Part shown: one piece after another, positions 25,328-35,620 of the stretch
Position numbering within the stretch: position 1 is the first letter of the stretch
How the letters are laid out: every line of letters begins with the position of its first letter
Assembly: GCF_028641065.1 (NCBI RefSeq)
Contig: NC_073383.1
Span: 45,136,001-45,200,000, forward strand
Origin: Leucoraja erinacea
Lineage: Eukaryota
Length of the DNA: 64,000 bases
Direction: 5' to 3'
The notes under the pieces: generated by a model
Told to the model about the DNA's origin: nothing
Seen by the model: only the letters and a program-made list of their open reading frames with translations
The model's database searches: none
Position numbers and translations under genes: made by a program

Positions 25328-26130
25328 CAATAGACCATAGACAATAGGTGCAGGAGGAGGCCATTTGGCCCTTCGAGCCAGCACCGCCATTCAATGTGAT
25401 CATGGCTGATCATCCCCAATCAGTACCCCGTTCCTGCCTTCACCCCATATCCCCTGACTCAGCTATTTTTAAGAGCCCTATCTAGCTCTCTCTTGAAAGC
25501 ATCCAGATAACCTGCCTCCACCGCCCTTTGAGGCAGAGAATTCCACAGACTCACCACTCTCTGTGAGAAAAACTGTTTCCTCGTCTCCGTTCTAAATGGC
25601 TTACTCCTTATTCTTAAACTGTGGCCCCTGGTTCTGGAACATGTTTCCTGCCTCTATCATGTCCAAGCCTTTAACAATCTTATATGTTTCAATCAGATCT
25701 CCTCTCATCGTTCTAAACTCCAGAGTGTACAAGCCCAGCTGCTCCATTCTCTCAGCATATGACAGTCCCGCCATCCCGGGAATTAACCTTGTAAACCTAC
25801 GCTGCACTCTCTCAATAGCAAGAATGTCCTTCCTCAAATTAGGGGACCAAAACTGCACACAATACTCCAGGTGTGGTCTCACTAGGGCTCTGTACAACTG
25901 CAGAAGGACCTCTTTGCTACTATATTCGATTCCTCTTGTTATAAAGGCCAACATGCCATTCGCTATCTTCACTGCCTGCTGTACTTGCATGCTTACTTTC
26001 ATAGACTGATGTACAAGGACCCCCAGATCCCGTTGTACTTCCCCTTTTCCAAACTTGACGGCATTTAGATAGTAATCTGCCTTGCTGTTTTTGCTACCAT
26101 AGTGGATAACCGCACATTTATCCGCATGAA
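25328..26130 (-). mobile_element. CR1 LINE 3' fragment
   Basis: ORF 25601-26161: LYRALVRPHLEYCVQFWSP...ERVQRRFTRLIPG; 3' tail repeats near 25328-25345. Confidence 0.9.
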
Positions 26131-27640
26131 TTCCCATATTATTAGATTCAAAAGTCAGCATAGGTATATATGTTCATTCCAACAGATGTCAGAAATGGTT
26201 TTCTCTCTCCCCACTTTTCATAATCATCTTTTTTATCACTTATCTGCTTTTAATGCCATTGATTGCAATGCAGTGGAGGTGTGATTACCATATTGAATGA
26301 TATTTGTGTTTTTTCTGACATTGACAAAATAGTCTTCTGGGCCCTTATGAAAACGGAACCAGTTCATTACCCAAGGATGGCCTGTGTAAATAACTTAAGA
26401 GAAACACCAGAGTTTATAAAAGCCATACTCTGTTGCCACATTAGATTTTTTTGTATGGATTACTAATAAGCCAGGACATGAAGATGGTTGCATACAGAAC
26501 TCAAGAGTGTTTTATGTTCAACCTACAGAAAGCACAAAATAGAAGTGGATATGTTAAAAACCAAGTGGAAGGTATCTAGAAATTTCACAACGTTAAATAT
26601 TCTCTGTAGAGAAAAGGCTAAAAAGGAAACCGGTGTTGAAAATTGTGAGTGGGTGCGATAAATGGTGTAGCGGGAAATTGACCCCCCTGGTTGGAGTGCA
26701 GGTAAGCAGAGTACACAAACCTAAAACAATTGGCAGAACGGAGAGGACAAAGATTTGGTTTGTGCTTATGCACTGTTAGTGGTGATCTGGGGCACATTGG
26801 CTGAAAGGAAAGGGATAATAGTTATCAAAGGGAATTGGATAAATAATTGTAGGAGATTTGCAGGGCTTTGAGTCGGTGGCGGGGGTCGGTTGATTTAGAA
26901 GATGAATGAGTCTTAACTAAGCTCTCAAAGATCTGATTTGGGTTTGATGGGCTGAATGGCCTCTTGGTGCTGTAACCCCTTGGGATCTCACTATTTAATC
27001 CACTGGTACATTGTAGAAAACAAGTTATTTATTTTATATAATATATATTTAAATATTACAGAATTAATGTATGAATAAAGATAAATGAAATCTTACCATG
27101 TTGGTTATCGATGCTGTGGTCGTTCTCATTATAATTATTGGGGCATAACCATGTGATAACTCTTTTGAAACTTGGAATTTAGCCCAGACATCCCGTTTGT
27201 CTCAGTATATTCAATAATTGATTTGCTTCTCAACTACAATAAAATCATTAATGGCTACATATGTATGACTTCAGAATTATATGACTATTGATCAGAACTG
27301 ATTTAATCAAAGAATCCAAGTCAATATACAACAGATCGCAGAGATTAATCTGAAACTGCTGATCTTGATGATGTCAGGTTACTCATCCATCAAAACAATA
27401 ATGAGAATTATACTAAATGCTAGACTGTGGAGGAGGCCCAGGACAGAAAGAGATACTAGTTACTATAGCATTTTGTATCTATCTTCAGTGTAAACCAGCA
27501 TCTACAGTTCCTTCCTGCACATGAGAATTATGCTGGCAGCCAAGCCAATTCCATGTTTAAAGTCCTCAGTGATCTTGGGCAGGAGCAGTCTGGCTATCAA
27601 GAGAATATCTATATCTATCTATCTATCTATCTTCTATCTA

Positions 27641-30103
27641 TCTTATATATATAAAACTCAAATCAGTCCGCCTGCCGCCGTACGGCGTCCGCCGTGCGTT
27701 GCTTCCTTTGACGCTCCGCAACTCCGAAACCGGACGCAGAATCGCCGACGTCTTTTCCATTTCGGTAGAGATTTCGCTTTTCTTTCTAAGTATCCGCTCC
27801 TCGTTACATTTCGTCGTGTTTAAGTACGCTTTTTAAATCAAATCCTTCACCCCCCCCCCACCACCTCAATATTTCAAAAAGAAACTGGGGAGATCCACAC
27901 AAGCCTGGGTGTCCTGTGAACGTTCCATCGTGTGATGTCACAATGCCCGATGCTCACAGATGGCCAATCGGGCTTGGATTCATTTACATATGCCTTTGCA
28001 GGAGCCACAGCCCCGGTGAACCATTCCATCGTGTGATGTCACAATGCCCAAATGTTCAAATTGCCATTGTTGCCATAGAAGAACGCTCAGTGATTCCTGG
28101 GATTCAAATTCTTATGAACTAAGACTGTCATTTCTGATTTTGCTTGTGAAGTGAAAAGTCCTGAATTGCATTTGTCTGATGCAGGAAGATTGTTCCAGAT
28201 GTTGGGGAAGTCCAGGACACGCGGGACACAGTTTAAGGATAAAGGGGAAATCCTTTAGTACTGAGATGAGGGAAACATTTTTCACACAGATAGTGGTGAG
28301 TCTCTGGAACTCTCTGCCACAGAAGGTAGTGGAGGCCAGTTCATTGGCTATATTTAAGAGGGAGTTAGATGTGGCCCTTGTGGCTAAGGGGATCAGGGGG
28401 TATGGAGAGAAGGCAGGTACGGGATACTGAGTTGGATGATCAGCCATGATCATATTGAATGGCGGTGCAGGCTCGAAGGGCCGAATGGCCTACTGCACCT
28501 AATTTCTATGTTTCTATGCTTCTATCAGCCGTGATCATATTGAATGGAGAATGGTGCAGGCTTGAAGGGCCGAATGGCCTACTACTGCACTTAATTTCTA
28601 TGTTTCTATGTGTCCCTCTCCTCACCCCTCTCCCTCTGCCACCCATCTCTCTCTCCCCCACCCCCCCTTCCCTCTCCACCACCACCCCCACCCTCTCTAC
28701 CACCACCCCCTTCCCCCTACACCTCTGTCCCTCTTCCACCACTCCCTGCTACCCCTCTACCACCTCCCTCCCTCCCCACTCTTCCACTTCTCTCCCACTC
28801 TCTCCTCCCCCACTCCTCACCCCTCTCCCCATCCCTCTCTCCCCCACCCCCCTTCCCTCTCTACCCCACCCCCCCCTACCTTCTCTCCCCCCCCACACCC
28901 TTCCCCTATCCCTCTGTCCCTCTTCCCATCACTCCCGCTACCCCTCTCCTCCTCCCTCCCCACTCTTTCCCCTCTTTCCCCCCACCCCTCTCCCCATCCC
29001 CCCTGCCCCCAAAAGCTCTCTCCCCCATCCCTCACCCCCCTACCCCCCGCTCTCCTTTCCCTCCCAAATCTATCCCGTTTCCTCCTCCTCCCTCCCCTCT
29101 TCTCACCCCCCCCCGCAAACGCCGTTGGGGAAACAGACCATAGAGGGAGTACAGAGAAGGTTCAACAGACTGATTCCTGGGATGTCAGGACTTTCAAATG
29201 AACTGGATAGACTTGGCTTGTACTCGCTAGATTTTAGAAGATTGAGGGGGGATCTTATAGAAACTTACAAAATTCTTAAGGGGTTGGACAGGCTAGATGC
29301 AGGAAGATTGTTCCAGATGTTGGGGAAGTCCAGAACAGGGGGTCACAGTTTAAGGATAAGGGGGAAATCCTTTATGACCGAGATGAGAAAAACATTTTTC
29401 ACACAGAGAGTGGTGAATCTCTGGAATTCTCTGCCACAGAAGGTAGTTGAGGCAAGTTCATTGGCTATATTTAAGAGGGAGTTAGATGTGGCCCTTGTGG
29501 CTAAAGGGATCAGGGGGTATGGAGAGAAGGCAGGTACAGGATACTGAGTTGGATGATCATCCTTGATCATATTGAATGGTGGTGCAGGCTCGAAGGGCCG
29601 AATGGCCTACTACTGCACTTAATTTCTATGTTTCCCTCTCTTCACCCCTCTCCCTCTCCTCACCCCTCTCCCTCTCTCCCTCTCTCGCTCATCCCCCTTC
29701 CCTCTCTACCCCACCCCTTTCCCTCTCCAGCCGCCCCCTTCCCCCTACCCCTCTCCTCCGCCCTCTCACTCCCCACTCTTTCCCGTCTCTCCTCCTCCAC
29801 CCCTCCTCCCCTCCCTCCCCATTCCCCCCNNNNNNNNNNNNNNNNNNNNNNNNNNNNNNNNNNNNNNNNNNNNNNNNNNNNNNNNNNNNNNNNNNNNNNN
29901 NNNNNNNNNNNNNNNNNNNNNNNNNNNNNNNNNNNNNNNNNNNNNNNNNNNNNNNNNNNNNNNNNNNNNNNNNNNNNNNNNNNNNNAGTTTGGGGGGTGG
30001 TTAATTTGAGTGTGATGCCGCAGCCCCTACTCCCCCTCCCCACCACCCCCCCTTCGCAAACGCTGTTGGGGAAACAGACCCAACGGGTCTGCACTTGGTC
30101 TAG
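27641..30103 (+). mobile_element. Non-autonomous Helitron with CR1 3' cargo and internal duplication
   Basis: 5' A|TCTTATATATATAAAACTCAAATC; 3' hairpin CAGACCC-AAC-GGGTCTG then CACTTGGTCTAG|T; spans an N gap. Confidence 0.8.
29830..29986. other. Assembly gap (N run)
   Basis: Run of N. Confidence 1.
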
Positions 30104-31023
30104 TTAATATATAAAACTCAAATCCGTCCGCCTGCAGTACTGATCCCTTCCTGCCTTTTGATTCGTTGACGGCTGCTCCTTACTATCAGCTTCCAACACA
30201 CTTCGAAACAAAGTTGTAAGAGAGGAACACTGAACTTTTCACTGCTGCAGGGGACGTGCAATTGAGGGAGGCAGGGGAGTGCTGGAAACTTACATTTGGC
30301 AACGGCTTCAGTTCCATTGGAGGAGACGGGTGCATGGTGGAATATTGCGTTGGGGGAATCACACCATTGGGGGAGCAGACCCAACGGGTCTGCACTTGGT
30401 CTAGTTAATATATAAAACTCAAATCCGTCCGCCGTCCGCCTGCAGTACGGATCCCTTCCTGCCTTTTGATTCGTTGACGGCTGCTCCTTCCTATCAGCTT
30501 CCAACACACTTCGAAACAAAGTTGCAAGACAGGAACACTGAACTTTTCACTGCTGCAGCAGGCAGCGGGCAGGGATTTTTTTTTAAAGAGGCAGGGCAGT
30601 GCTGGAATCTTACTTTTGAGAACGGGCTTCAGTTCCATTGGAGGAGACGGCTGCATGGTGGAATATTGGGTTGGGGGATCACACCATTGGGGGAGTCTGC
30701 ACTTGGTCTAGTTAATATATAAAACTCAAATCCATCCGTCCGCCTGCAGTACGGATCCCTTCCTGCCTTTTGATTCGTTGACGGCTGCTCCTTCCTATCA
30801 GCTTCCAACACACTTCGAAACAAAGTTGCAAGACAGGAACACTGACCTTTTCACTGCTGCAGCGGGCAGGGGAGGTGCAATTGAGAGAGGCAGGGGAGTG
30901 CTGGAAACTTACATTTGGCAACGGCTTCAGTTCCATTGGAGGAGACGGGTGCATGGTGGAATATTGGGTTGGGGGAATCACACCATTGGGGGAGCAGACC
31001 CAACGGGTCTGCACTTGGTCTAG
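30104..31023 (+). repeat. Tandem array of three ~300-bp mini-Helitron units
   Basis: Units 30104-30404, 30405-30711, 30712-31023; each starts TTAATATATAAAACTCAAATCC and ends GCACTTGGTCTAG. Confidence 0.88.
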
Positions 31024-31156
31024 TAATTTTATAAAGTGTGATACTTTGTTACTTAAAATTTTCTTGGGTTGAATTCTTTCTTCTGGTTTTTGGGGGAAAA
31101 GGGATATGTTTTTAATGTTTCGCTTGAGTAGCTGAGAGGGGGAGCATCACGCAAGA

Positions 31157-31481
31157 TTTAGTTTAGTTTAATTTAGAGTTACAGCATGAAAACAAGCCCT
31201 TCAACCCATTGAGTCTAGATGCCAAATATCAATGACCCATTCACACTAGTTCCGTGTTATCTTACTTTTTATCCCCGCTCTACACATATGGGCAATTTAC
31301 AGAGGCCAATAAACCTGCAAACCCGCAAATCTTTGGCAGAAATCAGACCACCCGGCGAAAAATTATGCAGTCACAGGGAGAACATGCAAACTTCACACAG
31401 ACAACACCGGAGGCCAGGATTGAACCCTGATGTCTTGCGCTGCGAGACAGCAGCTCTACCAGTTGCACCACTGTGCTGCCC
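31157..31481 (-). mobile_element. V-SINE (HE1-like)
   Basis: tRNA-like head (reverse complement gggcagcacagtggtgcaactggtagagctgctg), V-domain, (ctaaa)n tail. Confidence 0.8.
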
Positions 31482-31866
31482 TAAAAAGCAGTGGTTATTG
31501 TTCCAGAGTGACTGCTCCTAGTGATATGTAAGAGAAATACAGGCTCCAGACAACTGTACTGACAGATGAAGACGTATGACTGTCGCGCATCAGTCACTAC
31601 CGGCCTGTCGCGTAAATGATGGCCAAGTGGGACAGGCCCTTAAGTGGTTATCTATGTACGGGCAAGGTCCTCAATATATATTTCTCTGTTTTTACTGTGG
31701 AGAAAGACATGAACTTGGGATAGTTAATGGAGGTGTATTGAGGATCCAGAGAGAGCTGCCTGACTTGTTGAGTTACTCCAGCACTTAAGTGTTTTTTTTG
31801 TAAACCAACACCTGGAGTTCCTTGATTCTCCAATAAGAAATAGCTGTACATTGGGAATTGGAAGTG

Positions 31867-32795
31867 ATTGAATTGAATTGAATTGAATTCCTTTATTGTC
31901 ATTCAGACCTTACGGTCTGAACGAAATTTCGTGCCTGCAGTCATACATACAATCATACAATAATAAACAACACTAAACACAAATTAACATCCACCACAGT
32001 GTATCCTCCAAGCACCTCTTCACTGTGGTGGAGGCAAAAATCTTATGGCTGCAGTCTCTTCCCTCCTCTTCTCCCTCTGCGCTAAGGCGATTCCCCACCG
32101 GGCGATGGCACAAACAGTCCCGCGGCTCACCGAACCCCGCAAACGGGCCGGCTCAAACACCGCGGCCCGGGGTGGTCGAAGCTGCCGCCCTCCAGTCCAG
32201 CGGACACAGCCGCTGGCCCGCGGCTGAACCCCAGACTCAGGTCATAGCCGCCAGAACGCCGTCCCAGCCACCGGAGCACCGTTCCAGCCCCGAGCCGGAT
32301 CGCCCTCACGTGAGTGCCGTTCCTCCCTCGAGCTGGGCCACTCCGACGGGAGCGCCATTCCACCCTCGGGATGGGCCGCTCCGACGGGAGCGCCACAGCC
32401 CCTCACGGGAGAGTCTCAGCCCCTCGCCAGGCCGCCCTCACGGGAGCGTCACAGCCCTTCACGGGAGCGCCGTTCCAGCCCCGAGCTGGGCCGCCCTCAC
32501 GGGAGCGAGCCCAGGGTGAGTCCTGACTGGCTGCCTCCGGAGTCTCGAGGTCGCCAGCTCCGCCATTAGGCCTCAGCGCAGACGGAGGCAGAGAAGGGGG
32601 ATACGACAAAAAAGTTGCATTCCCCCAAAGGGAGAGACAGCAAGCCCCGTTTCAACCCCCCCCCCCCCCACATAAACACAACCTAAAAACCAAAAACTTA
32701 ACTAGACAAAACGAAAAAAAAAAAAAAAAAGTACAAAAAACGGACTGCAGGCGAGCCGCAGCCGTTCACCAGCGCCACCACTTCCGCCACTTCCA
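31867..32795 (-). mobile_element. Non-coding GC-rich non-autonomous retroelement with (CAATT)n tail
   Basis: Reverse complement ends ACAATAAAGG(AATTC)n; internal imperfect repeats 32270-32515; related to 58731-59635. Confidence 0.65.
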
Positions 32796-33019
32796 CCAAC
32801 CTTGGCAATGAGATCCGGGCCCCCACCACTTTCGATGTGAAAAAAATGCCCTTCAACTCTCCATTAAACTTTCCCCCTCATATCTTAAAGCTATGCCCTC
32901 TAGTGTTGGACAATTCCACACTGGGAATATGTTCTGATTGTATACCTCATCTATGCCTCTCACAATTTTAGATACTTCTATCATATCTCCCCTCGATCCT
33001 TGATTTTCCAGAGAAAATC

Positions 33020-33630
33020 GGGATGCATGGTTTAGGAACAGCTTCATCCAAGACTGAAATAAATTGCAGAGAATTGTAGGCGCATCCCAGACCAGCCATA
33101 AAATAACCCCCCTTCCATCGACCCCATTTAGACCTTAGGCTGCCTCGGCAAGGCCACCAGCATAATCAAGGATGAGTCTCACCCCATCACTCCCTCATCT
33201 CCCCTTTCCCATCAGGCACGAGGTATAGAAGTGTGAAAATGCACACCTCCAGATTCAGGAACAGTTTCTTCCCCGTCGTTATCAGGCATCTAAATCATTC
33301 TATCAACAACTAGAGAACAGTCCTAAACTACTTTCCACCTCATTAGAGACCCTCAGACTATCTTTAATCGGAATCTCACTGGAATTTATCTTGCACGAAA
33401 CGTTATCCGCTAAATCATGTATCCGCACACATGGCTCAATTGTCATGTATTGTCTTTCCGCTAACTTCAGTCTGAGGAAGGGTTTCGGCCCGAAACGTCG
33501 CCTGTTTCCTTCGTTCCCATGGATGCTGCTGCGCCCGCTGAGTTTCTCCAGCAATTTTGTGTACCAGCACACAACAAAAGCTTGTCACTGTACCTCGGCA
33601 CACGAAACAATAAACTAAATGAGACTAAAA
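33020..33630 (+). mobile_element. Rex/Babar-like 3' remnant with nested Penelope-like repeat (33467-33565)
   Basis: CLGKATSIIKDESHP..LSPFPSGTRYRS..TSRFRNSFFP remnant and caataaac tail; nested unit has CTGAGGA..GAAACGTC. Confidence 0.7.
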
Positions 33631-33762
33631 CAATCCGTCTATCCAACCTCTCCTTGTAGCCAAAAACCCTTTTAATGGGCCAGCATTCTGGTCAATCTCC
33701 TTGCACCTTATCCAAAGCTTCCACATCTTTCCTGTGATGGGGCGATCAGAATTGCACCTTAA

Positions 33763-34527
33763 AAGGGCTGTCCCACTGAGGCAACCTATTTGGTGAGTTT
33801 ATAAGAGTTTAGGAGTTGAAAACCTCCTTCGACTATGTAGAAGACCTTCTTCAACTACGTAAAAGACCTCCTTCGACTATGTTGAAGACTCGCATCGACC
33901 AGCTTCGGGAAAATTGGACACCAAATAGTGGAGAGTGAAGACGATCTCCTTCGACCTCCTTTTGACTATGTTGAAGACTATCTACGACTACCTTCGATTA
34001 CCTACGAATAACATGCCGACCCTACCATGACCTAATTCGACCAAACCTACGAGTAGAAAAAATATCGATTTTTTTCTATGGCGACCTTTTCTTACTCACG
34101 GGCATTTTTCAGCATGTTGAAAAATACGCCGCAACCTAGCTGAGGCCTCGAGAATGCGACGACTACTCTCGAGCATGAAGGAGAGTTAAGGGCATTTCCC
34201 ACTTTCACGACCTAATTCACAACCTTTTTTACTCGTGGACATTTTTCATCATGCTAGAAAAAACGCCCCGACCTACTTGATGCCACGAGTACCTACGACT
34301 AGCATCACGGCCTGCTACGACCTACCTACTGACCTCCAAAAAACCTCATGACGACCATGCTGAGCGTATGAGTCAAGGGCTAACTCGGCAGAGGTCGTGA
34401 ATTAGGTCGTGAAAGTGTGACAGGCCCTTTACAAAGATCTCCGAGGAACTCGTGTCGACCATGCTGCGAGTATGAGTCGAGGTCAAACTCTTCTAAACTC
34501 GCCAATTAGGTCGCCGCAGTGGGACAG
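33763..34527 (+). mobile_element. PIF/Harbinger-like MITE copy 1 (contains nested MITE)
   Basis: Left TIR AAGGGCTGTCCCACT; right TIR truncated at AGTGGGACAG; internal cgactatg/gaagacctcc repeats. Confidence 0.8.
34189..34428. mobile_element. Nested related MITE with TTA target-site duplication
   Basis: TIRs AGGGCATTTCCCACTTTCACGACCTAATTCAC / GTGAATTAGGTCGTGAAAGTGTGACAGGCCCT; TTA at 34186-34188 and 34429-34431; empty site visible in copy 2. Confidence 0.88.
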
Positions 34528-34580
34528 TGAATCGAGTATCTTTTCGTATCTCTGGTTCACACGGCTCAATCAATCTCTAA

Positions 34581-35102
34581 AGGGCCTGTCCCACTTGGGC
34601 GACCCAATCCGCTAGTTCTGGCGAGTTTGCCCTCGACTCATACTCGCAGCATGGTCGACGAGGTCGTAGGAAGTCTTCGTAACTCTCCTTTATGCTCGAG
34701 AGTGGTCTCCGCGTACTCGAGGCCTCGGCTAGGTCGCGCGTTTTTTTCAATAAATTAAAAAAATGCCCGCGAGTAAACAAAGGTCGCCATGGAAAAAATC
34801 GATACTTTTTTTACTCGTAGTAGGTAGGCATGTTAGTCATAGGTAATCAAGGGTCGTCGGAGATAGTCGTAGATAGCCTTCGTCTTAGTCGATGGGAGGT
34901 TAAACGAAATCGAAGAAGGTCGTCTTCACTCTCCACTATTCTAATTTTCTAATTTGTGTCTAATTTTCCCAAAATTAGGTGTAGCTAGTCTTCAACATAG
35001 TCGAAGGAGGTCTTCTACATAGTTGAAGGAGGTCTTCAACATGTCATTTTTTTTAAACTCTTCAAAACTCGCCAAATAGGTGGCCCAAGTGGGACAGCCC
35101 CT
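34581..35102 (-). mobile_element. PIF/Harbinger-like MITE copy 2, inverted relative to copy 1
   Basis: TIRs AGGGCCTGTCCCACTTGGG / CCCAAGTGGGACAGCCCCT; TAA and TTA flanks. Confidence 0.85.
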
Positions 35103-35289
35103 TTAAACGCATGCCAATGCTGTTCTTGGTCGATTTTGAATTAGTTTCTTTCCGAATATCGCCCCTAAACGCACTGAACGTATTTTTAAGATCAGAACAA
35201 TGAAGAACACTAACGGCGAAAAGCAGAAACAAGTTGGGCACAAGATGGAATAAGTTACAGTTGGATTTTGTAATAAGAGTTTCACCATC

Positions 35290-35620
35290 AGCAGGAAACG
35301 CTCACGCTCAGCTGGAGTGACGCAGCGTGAACAGCTCCGCCTTCAACAGGGCTCGCGTCAGTTTAAATTCTAAGATGGCGGCGGCCAGCGGACGGTCGGG
35401 GATGCGATGGAGGTGAGTCGGGGGGAAGGAGATGTTTAAACCCGGGAACTGGAGGCTTTCGCGTCGGTCACTCCGGCAGAGCGTGAGCGTTTCCTGATAT
35501 GAGGAAGGTTGAGGCAGACGCGGGCGGCACAGATCGAGGGCAGCTTCTCCGGGGCTCCCTCCGGCCCGCGATGAGTGCGGGTCAGCGTTTGACCCCGGGA
35601 GCGGGATCCTCCCCGATTGT
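35290..35620 (+). promoter_or_regulatory. CpG-rich promoter / first exon region of FASTKD2
   Basis: Local CpG enrichment, CRE-half-site-like TGACG and CGTCA, YY1-type AAGATGGCGGC at 35372-35382, strong donor AG|GTGAGT at 35412/35413. Confidence 0.75.
35340..35412 (+). other. FASTKD2: FASTKD2 5' leader exon (start approximate), contains upstream ATGs
   Basis: Donor gtgagt at 35413; next acceptor with long polypyrimidine tract ending acag at 37181-37184. Confidence 0.7.

Noticed and set aside
28459-29547. 362-aa Pro/Ser-rich ORF fused to a CR1 C-terminus (similar ORFs at 6044-6541 and 48664-49335)
   Set aside because: C/T-only tracts cannot contain stop codons; open frames are compositional artefacts inside repeats.
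31400-31481. tRNA gene
   Set aside because: tRNA-like head continues into V-domain and LINE tail, so it is a SINE; same for heads near 17219, 39110 and 60550.
35103-35288. Minus-strand ORF MVKLLLQ as first exon of MDH1B
   Set aside because: Only two residues resemble MDH1B (MAKFVIAG), no convincing donor site and no downstream MDH1B exons seen.
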